Virus genome (UHGV): UHGV-1468108
Length of the DNA stretch: 22,606 nt
Source: a virus
Reading direction: 5' to 3' (one strand)
Made by a program: the position numbers and the translations under genes. This document shows positions 1 through 9,228 of this stretch, one piece after another. The notes beneath the pieces were generated by a model. It saw nothing but the letters and a program-made list of their open reading frames with translations, ran no database searches and was not told where the DNA came from. Each line of letters starts with the position of its first letter. Position 1 is the stretch's first letter.

Positions 1-362
1 GAGAGCTATTCACTGATTACTCCGATCACCCTCGCAAACTTGTCACGCTAAACCCAAAACTCAAATCAACAGCAGCCGGTCGCTATCAGCTTCTTTCCCG
101 TTGGTGGGATGCCTATCGTAAGCAGCTTGGCCTGAAAGACTTCTCTCCGAAAAGCCAGGACGCTGTGGCGCTGCAACAGATTAAGGAACGTGGCGCTTTG
201 CCGATGATTGATCGCGGCGATATTCGTCAGGCAATCGACCGTTGCAGCAATATTTGGGCTTCATTGCCCGGTGCTGGCTACGGTCAGTATGAACACAAGA
301 TCGATAGTCTGATTGCCAAATTCAAAGAAGCTGGCGGGGTGGTTAATGAAACTTCGCTATAA
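1..362 (+). CDS. R: Endolysin, lambda R-type lytic transglycosylase; 3' portion, 5' end outside window (codon frame begins at nt 3)
   Basis: Frame-3 translation ELFTDYSDHPRKLVTLNPKLKSTAAGRYQLLSRWWDAYRKQLGLKDFSPKSQDAVALQQIKERGALPMIDRGDIRQAIDRCSNIWASLPGAGYGQYEHKIDSLIAKFKEAGG is near-identical to the lambda R C-terminus as I recall it; stop at 360-362. Confidence 0.85.
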   Translation, partial: ELFTDYSDHPRKLVTLNPKLKSTAAGRYQLLSRWWDAYRKQLGLKDFSPKSQDAVALQQIKERGALPMIDRGDIRQAIDRCSNIWASLPGAGYGQYEHKIDSLIAKFKEAGGVVNETSL

Positions 363-807
363 GCTGGTTATTTCTGCTTTTCTCCTGACTTTATTCGGTT
401 CTCTCGTCTGGTCAGCTAATCATTACCACAATAAAGCCATTGAATACAAAAAACAGCGCGACGAAAACGCTATGGCATTAGATTCGGCTATGGCGACGAT
501 CTCTGATATGCAGAAGCGTCAACGTGACGTAGCAGAACTCGATGCCAGATATACAAAGGAGCTTGCTGATGCTAACGCGACTATCGAAAGTCTCCGTGCT
601 GATGTTTCTGCTGGTCGTAAGCGCCTGCAAGTCGCCGCCACCTGTGCAAAGTCAACGACCGGAGCCAGCAGCATGGGCGATGGAGAAAGCCCAGGACTTA
701 CAGCAGATGCTGAACTCAATTATTACCGTCTCCGAAGTGGAATCGACAAGATAACCGCGCAGGTTAACTACCTGCAGGAGTACATCAGGACTCAGTGCCT
801 GAAATAA
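346..807 (+). CDS. Rz: Rz i-spanin (inner-membrane spanin subunit)
   Basis: ATG at 346 overlaps the R stop. N-terminal transmembrane segment (KLVISAFLLTLFGSLVWSA) followed by a charged helical region; AIEYKKQRDENA...MQKRQRDVAELDARYTKELADA resembles lambda Rz. The listed ORF start at 313 is a TTG inside R and is not used. Confidence 0.85.
   Translation: MKLRYKLVISAFLLTLFGSLVWSANHYHNKAIEYKKQRDENAMALDSAMATISDMQKRQRDVAELDARYTKELADANATIESLRADVSAGRKRLQVAATCAKSTTGASSMGDGESPGLTADAELNYYRLRSGIDKITAQVNYLQEYIRTQCLK
569..754 (+). CDS. Rz1: Rz1 o-spanin lipoprotein, embedded in the +1 frame of Rz
   Basis: Fully nested in Rz in another frame. Signal peptide MLTRLSKVSVLMFLLVVSAC with lipobox-like VSAC, then proline-rich CKSPPPVQSQRPEP, the typical Rz1 architecture. 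Start chosen at the ATG at 569 to give a ~20-aa signal peptide. Confidence 0.7.
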   Translation: MLTRLSKVSVLMFLLVVSACKSPPPVQSQRPEPAAWAMEKAQDLQQMLNSIITVSEVESTR

Positions 808-868
808 TTTTTTTGCAAATCACAAAGTCCATTTAATGAGCCTCGCGATGCGGGGCTTTTTGCAATAA

Positions 869-893
869 ATGCGTACCGCAACGCATGTTTTTT
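869..893 (+). terminator. Rho-independent terminator candidate after the lysis cassette
   Basis: ATGCGT (869-874) and ACGCAT (881-886) form a 6-bp stem, followed by GTTTTTT. Confidence 0.45.
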
Positions 894-1008
894 ACACCGA
901 ACCTGCCCCTTTGGAATGGGCCTTTGAGGATACCAGTTAGTGCTGGCGAGCCTCGGTGGGCTGGTTTCCTATGCGGCAAAGGTTCATTTCAAATGGTAGG
1001 TAAACGTT

Positions 1009-1530
1009 ATGAATATCGTGCCACTTAATTACAAAGGTGAAATTGTCAGTTTCAACACTGATGGTTGGATCAACGTCACAGGTGTTGCTGAGAGATTTGG
1101 GAAACGCATTGATAACTGGATGCGTTTGGCAGAAACGCTTGAATACGTTCGTGCTTTAGACGAAGCGTTGACCGGGAAAGAATCTCAAATTTTACATCCC
1201 TCACAATCGAGGTATGTAAAAACCAGCAAGGCACGAAAGGACAGGGGTGGTGGTACGTGGCTACATCCAAAACTTTCAGTTGCATTTGCCCGTTGGTGTG
1301 ATGCTCGTTTTGCTGTGTGGTGCGACCTGCACATTGATAGTCTGCTTCGCGGTGAACTGACTGAGCAGCAGAAATATGAGCAAGCATGTCGCATTCGCGA
1401 TGACCGGAAATCAAAAGCCAGCAATGGGGCAAGAGAGATGGCTCGCTGGCGATGGGATAAGCCGGTTATTGAAGCAAATGTTGAGTACTGGCGCGAGCAA
1501 CTGCAGTTGACTCTCGATATCGCGTGCTGA
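1009..1530 (+). CDS. KilA-N domain protein
   Basis: 173-aa ORF; the N-terminal half (NYKGEIVSFNTDGWINVTGVAERFGKRIDNWMRL ... WLHPKLSVAFARWCDARFAVWCD) matches the KilA-N / APSES-like DNA-binding domain pattern. Sits between the lysis genes and the packaging genes. Confidence 0.6.
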   Translation: MNIVPLNYKGEIVSFNTDGWINVTGVAERFGKRIDNWMRLAETLEYVRALDEALTGKESQILHPSQSRYVKTSKARKDRGGGTWLHPKLSVAFARWCDARFAVWCDLHIDSLLRGELTEQQKYEQACRIRDDRKSKASNGAREMARWRWDKPVIEANVEYWREQLQLTLDIAC

Positions 1531-1888
1531 TGGCAAACGCAAAACTGCGTTATCGGAAAAATCAAAGCATTACGAGAACTGAGCAACGGCTATCCATTAC
1601 AAAGCCCATCTACGGGTGGGCTTGATAATGAAACCGGAGTTAATTTCTGGTCACTAATTAACGGCAGTACAGCGAAACAACCCAAGCCAGTAAGTGGGGA
1701 AATAACACTGGCAGCCACTGAAAGATGAACCTCCTGCCTTATGGCAAAAAAGATTCTTTGTGGTGGCGGACTGATGGAAAGACATCGGTTATTGCAGAGA
1801 CCATTCAATGAGTGGTCTCGACAATGGCTTATACCCTACACGGGATAACTTAACTGATATCCCTTTTAACGGATAAACGGAGCCAACA

Positions 1889-2131
1889 ATGGCAGAGATT
1901 ATTCCCATGACTGAAGAACAGAAATTCCAGTTAGAGATTTACAAGCTGGTCATGAACCAGAACGCAGCCGCAGAAGAAGCATTTCAATTCATTGGCACTG
2001 ACGAGTTGAAGCTTGAGCTATTCAAAATTCACTTCCAGTCAGGCGGCGCTAATTCAGATATCACGACCCGCACTATCGAAGCGGTGCGTAAATCGAAGGA
2101 AGCGTTAGACCTGTTCACTACCGGAGCATAA
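1889..2131 (+). CDS. Hypothetical 80-aa protein upstream of the small terminase (positionally like P22 orf80)
   Basis: ORF with GGAG 8 nt upstream of the ATG; ends 2 nt before the terS start. No recognisable domain. Confidence 0.5.
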   Translation: MAEIIPMTEEQKFQLEIYKLVMNQNAAAEEAFQFIGTDELKLELFKIHFQSGGANSDITTRTIEAVRKSKEALDLFTTGA

Positions 2132-2133
2132 AC

Positions 2134-2574
2134 ATGGCGCGCCCAACAAAGTATCAAGAGGCGTACGCCGAACAGGCACGCAAACTGTGCTTGCTGGGCT
2201 ATACAGACGCAGAGCTTGCTGATTTCTTCGAAGTCAGTGAGTCAACTATTAACAAGTGGAAGCTTGATTATCCTAAGTTTTCGGAGTCCATAAAAAAGGG
2301 TAAGGCCGTCGCTGATGCAGAAGTTAGTGATCGTCTTTATCAACGCGCTATGGGCTTCGTGGCTCCAGACATCGATATTCGTGTTATTGAAAACAGAATT
2401 GTCGAAACTCCGCTTGAGAAGTATTACCCGCCTGATACAACCGCCGCCATCTTCTGGCTTAAGAACCGACAGAAGGATAAATGGCGCGACAAGGTTGATC
2501 ACGAATTAACAGGCAAAGACGGCGGCGCAATCCAGATTGAAACATCACCGATGAGCACTCTATTCGGAAAATGA
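2134..2574 (+). CDS. terS: Terminase small subunit (HTH-containing TerS)
   Basis: N-terminus MARPTKYQEAYAEQARKLCLLGYTDAELADFFEVSESTINKWK is a typical TerS helix-turn-helix; lies directly upstream of and overlapping terL (ATGA). Confidence 0.65.
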   Translation: MARPTKYQEAYAEQARKLCLLGYTDAELADFFEVSESTINKWKLDYPKFSESIKKGKAVADAEVSDRLYQRAMGFVAPDIDIRVIENRIVETPLEKYYPPDTTAAIFWLKNRQKDKWRDKVDHELTGKDGGAIQIETSPMSTLFGK

Positions 2575-3986
2575 CCTCGATTAATCCTATCTTTGAACCG
2601 TTCATTGAGGCGCATCGCTACAAAGTCGCCAAAGGCGGTCGAGGTAGCGGTAAATCATGGGCAATTGCGAGGCTGCTTGTTGAGGCGGCGCGTCGGCAGC
2701 CTGTGCGTATTCTCTGCGCTCGTGAACTGCAAAACAGTATCAGCGATTCGGTAATCCGGTTGCTTGAAGACACCATAGAGCGGGAAGGGTATTCGGCTGA
2801 GTTTGAAATTCAGCGTTCAATGATTCGTCATCTCGGAACGAATGCTGAATTCATGTTCTACGGCATAAAAAACAACCCGACGAAGATTAAATCGCTCGAA
2901 GGCATTGATATCTGCTGGGTGGAAGAAGCGGAAGCGGTAACAAAGGAATCGTGGGATATCCTGATCCCAACCATCCGTAAGCCGTTCTCTGAAATATGGG
3001 TGAGCTTTAACCCGAAGAACATCCTCGACGATACCTATCAGCGATTCGTAGTAAACCCTCCCGATGATATTTGTCTGCTGACGGTGAACTACACCGACAA
3101 CCCGCACTTTCCTGAAGTTCTCCGGCTGGAGATGGAAGAGTGTAAACGCAGAAATCCGACACTGTATCGTCACATCTGGCTTGGTGAGCCGGTAAGCGCA
3201 AGTGATATGGCAATCATCAAACGTGAATGGCTTGAAGCCGCAACCGATGCGCACAAGAAACTCGGATGGAAAGCGAAAGGCGCTGTTGTCTCTGCGCATG
3301 ACCCATCAGATACAGGGCCAGATGCTAAAGGTTATGCATCGCGTCACGGTTCGGTGGTTAAGCGCATTGCCGAAGGTCTACTGATGGACATCAACGAGGG
3401 TGCTGACTGGGCTACTTCTCTGGCGATTGAAGACGGCGCTGACCACTACCTGTGGGATGGCGATGGCGTTGGTGCCGGGCTACGCAGACAGACAACGGAA
3501 GCATTCTCCGGTAAGAAAATCACCGCCACGATGTTTAAGGGCAGCGAATCGCCGTTCGATGAAGATGCACCGTATCAGGCCGGAGCATGGGCTGATGAAG
3601 TCGTGCAGGGCGACAACGTTCGCACTATTGGCGATGTGTTCCGCAATAAGCGAGCGCAATTCTATTACGCGCTGGCTGACAGGCTGTATCTGACATATCG
3701 GGCGGTTGTCCACGGTGAGTATGCAGACCCCGACGACATGCTGAGTTTCGACAAAGAAGCAATAGGCGAGAAGATGCTGGAGAAGCTGTTTGCAGAACTT
3801 ACGCAGATTCAGCGCAAATTCAATAACAACGGGAAGCTGGAGCTTATGACTAAGGTCGAAATGAAGCAGAAGCTCGGTATTCCATCTCCTAACCTGGCTG
3901 ATGCGCTGATGATGTGCATGCATTGCCCGGAGTCGGCTGCGCAACCCGACTATTCCAGTTACTCAATTCCTTGTGGTGTAGGTTGA
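2571..3986 (+). CDS. terL: Terminase large subunit (PBSX / Terminase_3-like)
   Basis: 471 aa with Walker A VAKGGRGSGKS near the N-terminus, plus size and position between terS and portal. Confidence 0.85.
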   Translation: MTSINPIFEPFIEAHRYKVAKGGRGSGKSWAIARLLVEAARRQPVRILCARELQNSISDSVIRLLEDTIEREGYSAEFEIQRSMIRHLGTNAEFMFYGIKNNPTKIKSLEGIDICWVEEAEAVTKESWDILIPTIRKPFSEIWVSFNPKNILDDTYQRFVVNPPDDICLLTVNYTDNPHFPEVLRLEMEECKRRNPTLYRHIWLGEPVSASDMAIIKREWLEAATDAHKKLGWKAKGAVVSAHDPSDTGPDAKGYASRHGSVVKRIAEGLLMDINEGADWATSLAIEDGADHYLWDGDGVGAGLRRQTTEAFSGKKITATMFKGSESPFDEDAPYQAGAWADEVVQGDNVRTIGDVFRNKRAQFYYALADRLYLTYRAVVHGEYADPDDMLSFDKEAIGEKMLEKLFAELTQIQRKFNNNGKLELMTKVEMKQKLGIPSPNLADALMMCMHCPESAAQPDYSSYSIPCGVG

Positions 3987-3987
3987 T

Positions 3988-6186
3988 ATGGCAGAAAAAA
4001 AGATGACTGACTGGCATCGCAAGGTGCTGTGCAACTTTGATAATGCCTGGTCAGCAACGCAGGATATGCGTGAGCAGATTATTGAGGCTCAACGTTTCGT
4101 CAGGGTGTCCGGCGCACAGTGGGAAGGTAGCACAAACGCTGGTTACTCGTTTGATGAGGGCAGGTTTGAGCATTACCCGCGCTTTGAACTGAATAAGATT
4201 GCCCGTGAATGTGATCGCATCATTGGCGAGTATCGACAGAATCGCATCAGCGTTAAATTCAGACCGAAGGACGATAAGGCATCGGAAGCGTTAGCCGAAA
4301 AGATGAACGGCAAATTCCGCGCTGATTATCAGGAAACATCCGGTGGCGAAGCGTGTGATAACGCATTTGATGATGCTGTAACGGGCGGATTTGGTTGTTT
4401 CCGCATGTGTGCCGATTACGAAGATGAAATGGATCCGAGTAACGAGCAGCGACGCATCAGCCTTCTTCCTGTTTACGACCCAGCGACATGCGTCTTCTTC
4501 GATCAGGACAGCAAACAATATGACCGCTCTGATGCTATGTGGGCTATGGAAATGTTCTCCATGACGCCCAAAGCGTTCGAGGCTGAATACCCTGATTCCA
4601 TCGCGGCAAGCCTTTCTCGAGATGACACTGGCACTCAATATGACTGGTCAACGCCAGATGCCATCTATGTTGGACGCTACTACGAAGTTCGCATAGAGAA
4701 GGTGAAGCTCACGGCGTGGCGCAACCCTGTTAGCGGAGAAACGGCAATCTATGATGAAGAGCAAATCAAAGATGTTGTTGACGAGCTGACCGATGGCGCA
4801 TTCGAACTGATTGGTGAGCGGACAGTGAAGAAACGCCGAGTTTATTGCGGTCTTCTGTCTGGTGCTGAATGGCTGGAAGAGCCGAAGCGTATTCCGGGCG
4901 AACATATTCCTCTCATCCCGGTATATGGGCGTCGTTCATTTGTTGATAATCAGGAGCGAATCGAAGGCCACGCAGCAAAAGCGATGGATGCGCAGCGTCT
5001 TGAGAACCTGATGGTTTCCATGATTGCAGATAACGCTACTCAGGCTGGCGGTGATGGCATTCCTGTAGTTGATGTTGACATGATTCCTGGTCCTCTCGCC
5101 ACTCATTGGGCAGAGCGCAACAAAAAGCGCCCGGCGTTCCTGCCGATGGTCAGTCTGAAAAACAAAAACGGAGATATTACTGCGCAGGCTCAGGTCAGCA
5201 GTTATACGCCTCCGACACAAATGCCTCCAGCTCTTGCCGGGCTATTGCAGTACACCGGAACGGCTATTCAGCAAATTACAGGTGCGTCGCAGCTTGAGAA
5301 CATGCCGAGCAACGTCGCCACCGATACCGTTGATAGCATCTTTAACCGGATGGATACGCAGTCCTATATCTACATGGACAACATGGCTAAATCCATGCGT
5401 CGCGCTGGCGTTGTGTGGCTTTCTATGGCGCGTGAGGTCTATGGCAGTGATACGCCGATGCGTATCGTTAATGAGGACGGCAGCGATGACGTGGCGCTGA
5501 TGACTGGTGAAGTGGTTGACCGTCAGACAGGGCAGGTTATCGCGCTTAATGACCTTTCGCAGGGCAACTATGAAGTGACTGTCGATGTCGGTCAGTCGTT
5601 CGCTACTCGCCGTGATGCAACGGTTAAGTCGTTACTTTCCATGCTGGCACTTATCCCGCCAGGAACGCCGAAGCATGACCTTGTATCGTCGATGATTCTC
5701 GACAATATGGACGGCGAAGGGATGGACGACCTGAAAGAATACAACCGCAATCAGTTGCTTCTGTCTGGAGTTATCAAGCCGAGAACACCAGAAGAACAGC
5801 AGATGGTTGAGCAGGCGAAACAACAACAGGCCAGTCAGCCAGATCCGGCTATGGTTGCAGCGCAAGGTCAGCTTCTTGCAGGTCAGGCTGAATTGCAGAA
5901 AGCGCAGAACGAACAGGCAGCCATTCAGGTTAAAGCATTCCAGGCACAGACTGATGCTCAGGTTGCAGCGGCAAACGTTGTGAAAATCCTCGCATCTGCC
6001 GATAGCCAGCAGAAATCTGATATCCGCGAGGCTCTGAAACTGCTCGGACAGTTCCAGCAACAGCAAGGAGACAATGCCCGTGCTGATGCAGAGCTTGTCC
6101 TGAAAAGTCAGGCACAGGGCCATGCGCAGCGCATGGACATCAGCAGCATCCTGCAAAAATCAACTCAGCAACAAGCACAGCAGTAA
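3988..6186 (+). CDS. gp1: Portal protein, P22 gp1-like
   Basis: 732 aa. Recognisable matches to P22 portal as recalled: GEHIPLIPVYG, RRVYCG, and the C-terminal PRTPEEQQMVEQAKQQQASQPDPAMVAAQGQLLAGQAELQKAQN barrel-helix region with a Q-rich tail. Confidence 0.92.
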   Translation: MAEKKMTDWHRKVLCNFDNAWSATQDMREQIIEAQRFVRVSGAQWEGSTNAGYSFDEGRFEHYPRFELNKIARECDRIIGEYRQNRISVKFRPKDDKASEALAEKMNGKFRADYQETSGGEACDNAFDDAVTGGFGCFRMCADYEDEMDPSNEQRRISLLPVYDPATCVFFDQDSKQYDRSDAMWAMEMFSMTPKAFEAEYPDSIAASLSRDDTGTQYDWSTPDAIYVGRYYEVRIEKVKLTAWRNPVSGETAIYDEEQIKDVVDELTDGAFELIGERTVKKRRVYCGLLSGAEWLEEPKRIPGEHIPLIPVYGRRSFVDNQERIEGHAAKAMDAQRLENLMVSMIADNATQAGGDGIPVVDVDMIPGPLATHWAERNKKRPAFLPMVSLKNKNGDITAQAQVSSYTPPTQMPPALAGLLQYTGTAIQQITGASQLENMPSNVATDTVDSIFNRMDTQSYIYMDNMAKSMRRAGVVWLSMAREVYGSDTPMRIVNEDGSDDVALMTGEVVDRQTGQVIALNDLSQGNYEVTVDVGQSFATRRDATVKSLLSMLALIPPGTPKHDLVSSMILDNMDGEGMDDLKEYNRNQLLLSGVIKPRTPEEQQMVEQAKQQQASQPDPAMVAAQGQLLAGQAELQKAQNEQAAIQVKAFQAQTDAQVAAANVVKILASADSQQKSDIREALKLLGQFQQQQGDNARADAELVLKSQAQGHAQRMDISSILQKSTQQQAQQ

Positions 6187-6276
6187 TTAACTCATAACGT
6201 GCAATGGCTGTCTTTATGAGGCCTGGCACCCTATTGCCTTCCGATGGGCTGAACATCGAGTAAACAGGGGTAACAA

Positions 6277-7170
6277 ATGGACCAGATGGCAGAAAACACA
6301 CCAGAAGTTGAAATCGAACCCGACGCGTCAGAGCAGATTCCTGATGATGTCGAACTGGCTGAAGAAGTCGAAAAAGCAGATGGCAGTGAGTCCTCAGGAA
6401 ATGATGCAGAGGAAGATACTGACACTGATGACGACGAATCAGAACAGGAATTCTACTTTGGTGACGAAAAGCTGGATTCGCCAACCAGCGAAGATGGCGC
6501 AGAGCATGGACTGGTAAAACACCTGCGCAAGACGATTAAAGAGAAAGACCGTGAGCTGAAAGAGCTGATGCGTCAGTCTCAGAAACCCGTCGAGCAGCAG
6601 CCGGTAATCACTCAACCACCGCGAATGCCAAAACTGGATGATGAGGACATCGGTTTCGATGAAGAAATCTACCAGCAACGCATGGCTAAGTGGGCAGAGG
6701 ATAACGGCAAGTACCAGCAACAGGAGATGGCTCGCAAGCAGAAGGAGCAGGAGCTTCAGGCTGCCTATCAAGATCGATTATCCAAATATCAGCAACGTGT
6801 TAAGGCTCTCAAAGTTCCTGGCTATCAGGAAGCTGAGCAGGCCGTACTCGAGGAAATTCCCATCGAGACACAAAACGCGATCCTGTTTGAGTCAGAGAAG
6901 CCGGAAATCGTTGTTCTGGCGCTCGGTCGCAACGCTGAACTGCGCAAGCAACTGGCAGAAGCTACCAACCCCGTAGCAATTGGTCGTCTGCTGGAACGTA
7001 TCGAATCGAAGGCCAGAATCATGCCAAAAGCAAAAACCACGGCAGCCACAACCCCGACAGTTAAGGGGAGCAACGGCGCAGTAATCAACAACCTCGACAA
7101 ATTGAAAGCCAAGGCGCTGGAAACTGGTGACTGGACGCCGTATTTCGCCGCTAAAAAGGCAAAAAAATAA
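6277..7170 (+). CDS. gp8: Scaffolding protein, P22 gp8-like
   Basis: 297 aa; acidic N-terminus, helical middle, basic C-terminal helix-turn-helix (…DKLKAKALETGDWTPYFAAKKAKK); between portal and coat as in P22. Confidence 0.8.
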   Translation: MDQMAENTPEVEIEPDASEQIPDDVELAEEVEKADGSESSGNDAEEDTDTDDDESEQEFYFGDEKLDSPTSEDGAEHGLVKHLRKTIKEKDRELKELMRQSQKPVEQQPVITQPPRMPKLDDEDIGFDEEIYQQRMAKWAEDNGKYQQQEMARKQKEQELQAAYQDRLSKYQQRVKALKVPGYQEAEQAVLEEIPIETQNAILFESEKPEIVVLALGRNAELRKQLAEATNPVAIGRLLERIESKARIMPKAKTTAATTPTVKGSNGAVINNLDKLKAKALETGDWTPYFAAKKAKK

Positions 7171-7188
7171 CCTATCGGAGCATTAAGC

Positions 7189-8442
7189 ATGGCTAACCAA
7201 TTAGCAAAAGACCTTGAAATCATGTTCGAAAACTACGTTGAAGGCTTTGAGGCCGCCTGCGTAGTTTCCCGTAACGCTAAAAAATTCCGTCCCGGTGATA
7301 CAGCAATGCAGCGAGCAGGTGATGTTCTGTATCGTCCGCAGCATTACCACATGAACATTGAAGAAGGCCTCGATCTCAGCAGCAAAACGCCAACAGCACT
7401 GGTTCAGCGCCTTGTTCCTTCTGTGTTCAAGGAGCCGAAAAACATTCTGTACACTCTGGATGCGCGTGAAATGCGTGACCCTGAGCATAAAACTGAAGCT
7501 GGTCGCGCCGCAGGTATGCGCCTTGCTGCACAGATTGACTCTGACCTGATTTCCATGGTCACGCAGCGTGCTACTAACGTGATCACAATGGCTGACTCAA
7601 CCACTGGTTCACAGGGCCGTGATTTGTGGAACTGTGCGGCAGGTATTGATGCCACCATGACGGCGATTGGTGTACCACAGGGTATCAACCGCCGCTCTTT
7701 CTGGAACCCCTTCAACTACAAAGACCTTGCTGGCGAGCTTGGTCACCGTGCCTATGCTCAGGGCGCAACCCTGACAGCATACGAAAAAGCGCAGATCCCT
7801 CCGGTTGCTTCCTTTGATAGCTACAAGACCGATATTTCTGGTCGTGTTCCGAAGGGTACAGCAACTTCCCTGACGCTGGCGGCTGAACCTGCGCACAAGG
7901 TTGAAGCGAAAGATGCCAACGATATGCCAGTGGATAACCGACAGGGGACCATTACGGTATCTGCATCTGGTTTGCAGGTTGGCGATGCGTTCACCATTGC
8001 AGGGGTGAATTCCGTACACCAGATCACCAAAGATACCACCGGGCAGCCGCAGGTATTCCGCGTTCTGGCAGTAAGCGGAACGACAGTAACTATCTCCCCG
8101 AAAATTCTGCCGCCTGACAACGCGGATGTCGCCAGCCGACCATATGCAAACGTTGATGCTAACGCGGCAAATGGTGCAGCAATTACCATTCTCAACAAAA
8201 ATGCCGCACCGGCTAACCTGTTCTGGGCTGATGGTTCTGTTGAACTGATGTACGGCAAACTGGCGTTCCCGACTGGTCAGGGTCCACAGGTAATGACAGC
8301 AACCACCGAGCAGGGCGCTACGCTGATCATGTCTTACGCCTTCGACCACATCAAAGGTGTAACCACAGCTCGTTTCACCACTCTGTACGGTTGCTCGGTA
8401 CTGGTTCCTGAATATACGGGCATCGTTATTGCCGGGCAGTAA
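7189..8442 (+). CDS. gp5: Major capsid (coat) protein, P22 gp5-like
   Basis: 417 aa; motifs such as RPYANVDANAANGAAITILNKNAAPANLFWADGSVELMYG parallel P22 coat; GGAG ribosome-binding site; followed by a strong terminator. Confidence 0.9.
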   Translation: MANQLAKDLEIMFENYVEGFEAACVVSRNAKKFRPGDTAMQRAGDVLYRPQHYHMNIEEGLDLSSKTPTALVQRLVPSVFKEPKNILYTLDAREMRDPEHKTEAGRAAGMRLAAQIDSDLISMVTQRATNVITMADSTTGSQGRDLWNCAAGIDATMTAIGVPQGINRRSFWNPFNYKDLAGELGHRAYAQGATLTAYEKAQIPPVASFDSYKTDISGRVPKGTATSLTLAAEPAHKVEAKDANDMPVDNRQGTITVSASGLQVGDAFTIAGVNSVHQITKDTTGQPQVFRVLAVSGTTVTISPKILPPDNADVASRPYANVDANAANGAAITILNKNAAPANLFWADGSVELMYGKLAFPTGQGPQVMTATTEQGATLIMSYAFDHIKGVTTARFTTLYGCSVLVPEYTGIVIAGQ

Positions 8443-8447
8443 TTTTG

Positions 8448-8472
8448 GTGGGGCTTCGGCCCCATTTTTATT
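8448..8472 (+). terminator. Rho-independent terminator immediately after the coat gene
   Basis: GGGGC-TTCG-GCCCC hairpin (8450-8463) followed by ATTTTTATT. Confidence 0.6.
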
Positions 8473-8483
8473 GGGAGAAGGCA

Positions 8484-8672
8484 ATGGCACGAACAATGCT
8501 CTATAAGCCTGGCAACATGATCACCTGTGGTCAGTTTGCTGTCGATTACATCATTGTTGATGACGAAGAAGTTAAATCTCACCTGAAAAAAGGTTGGGTA
8601 AAAACTCCTGAAGAAACCGCAACGAAGCAAAAAGTGGCTAAGGCGGAAGAAGATGGCGAAAACGAAGGGTGA
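8484..8672 (+). CDS. Small hypothetical protein between coat and gp4
   Basis: ATG at 8484 preceded by GGGAGAAGG; 62 aa; its 3' end overlaps the gp4 start. The listed ORF start at 8445 is a TTG lying in the terminator and is not used. Confidence 0.4.
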   Translation: MARTMLYKPGNMITCGQFAVDYIIVDDEEVKSHLKKGWVKTPEETATKQKVAKAEEDGENEG

Positions 8673-9114
8673 TCTCGTTCTAAAGGCTTTACGAAAAGCC
8701 GGGCTGTATTCCAATGCCACGTTGACAGATGCTGACCCTCAGGCAATTGAAGATGCCATTAATGACCTCGAAGACATGATGGCAGCATGGCAGGCGAAAG
8801 GTATCGAGCTTGGGTATCAGTTTGCTGATACAGAAAACGGCATCATGCCGTTACCTGACGATGATTCAGGTATCCCTGCATGGGCAAATGATGGCGTCGC
8901 TTTGAAACTCGCTGTGCAAGTGTGCATGGATAACGTCATTCAGCCGTCGGATGCTCTCCTTACCGCTGCTGACTGTGCATATCAGACAATCTGTATCGCT
9001 TTAACCAAAATACCACCACTTGAGCGGCGAAATGACATGCCTCGCGGTAGTGGTAACAAAAGCGCGTTTACGTGGAATCGGTTTTACATCGAGAAAGATG
9101 ATCCGAGTACGTGA
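8653..9114 (+). CDS. gp4: Head completion / tail accessory factor, P22 gp4-like
   Basis: KTKGDLVLKALRKAGLYSNATLTDADPQAIEDAINDLEDMMAAW and the C-terminal RNDMPRGSGNKSAFTWN match P22 gp4 as recalled. Confidence 0.85.
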   Translation: MAKTKGDLVLKALRKAGLYSNATLTDADPQAIEDAINDLEDMMAAWQAKGIELGYQFADTENGIMPLPDDDSGIPAWANDGVALKLAVQVCMDNVIQPSDALLTAADCAYQTICIALTKIPPLERRNDMPRGSGNKSAFTWNRFYIEKDDPST

Positions 9115-9123
9115 GGTGAATAA

Positions 9124-9228
9124 ATGCCGATTCAGCAACTTCCGCTTATGAAAGGTGTCGGCAAAGATTTCCGAAACGCTGACTATATCGACTATCTGCC
9201 AGTGAATATGCTGGCAATTTTGATATAA
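9124..9228 (+). pseudogene. Truncated 5' remnant of gene 10 (codons 1-31 plus 3 junk codons and a stop)
   Basis: GAGGTG ribosome-binding site plus ATG; [31 protein letters not shown] is near-identical to the P22 gp10 N-terminus, then the frame reads ILI-stop where the AT-rich insertion begins (~9217). Confidence 0.7.

Noticed and set aside
313-345. TTG start at 313 extending Rz upstream (MPNSKKLAGWLMKLRY...)
   Set aside because: That extension is the R coding region read in another frame. The ATG at 346 gives an N-terminus of lambda Rz type and overlaps the R stop.
1076-1808. Minus-strand ORFs of 118, 133 and 72 aa overlapping the KilA-N gene and the downstream gap
   Set aside because: The first two are antisense to the KilA-N coding sequence. 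The 72-aa ORF in the gap has no ribosome-binding site and a Cys/Pro-rich low-complexity translation. Not called as genes.
5632-6156. 174-aa minus-strand ORF antisense to the portal C-terminus
   Set aside because: Antisense to the Q-rich portal tail; low-complexity translation; spurious.
7609-8496. 295-aa minus-strand ORF antisense to the coat gene
   Set aside because: Lies entirely antisense to a confidently identified, highly expressed structural gene, with no ribosome-binding site and Cys/Arg-rich composition typical of antisense artefacts in GC-balanced DNA.
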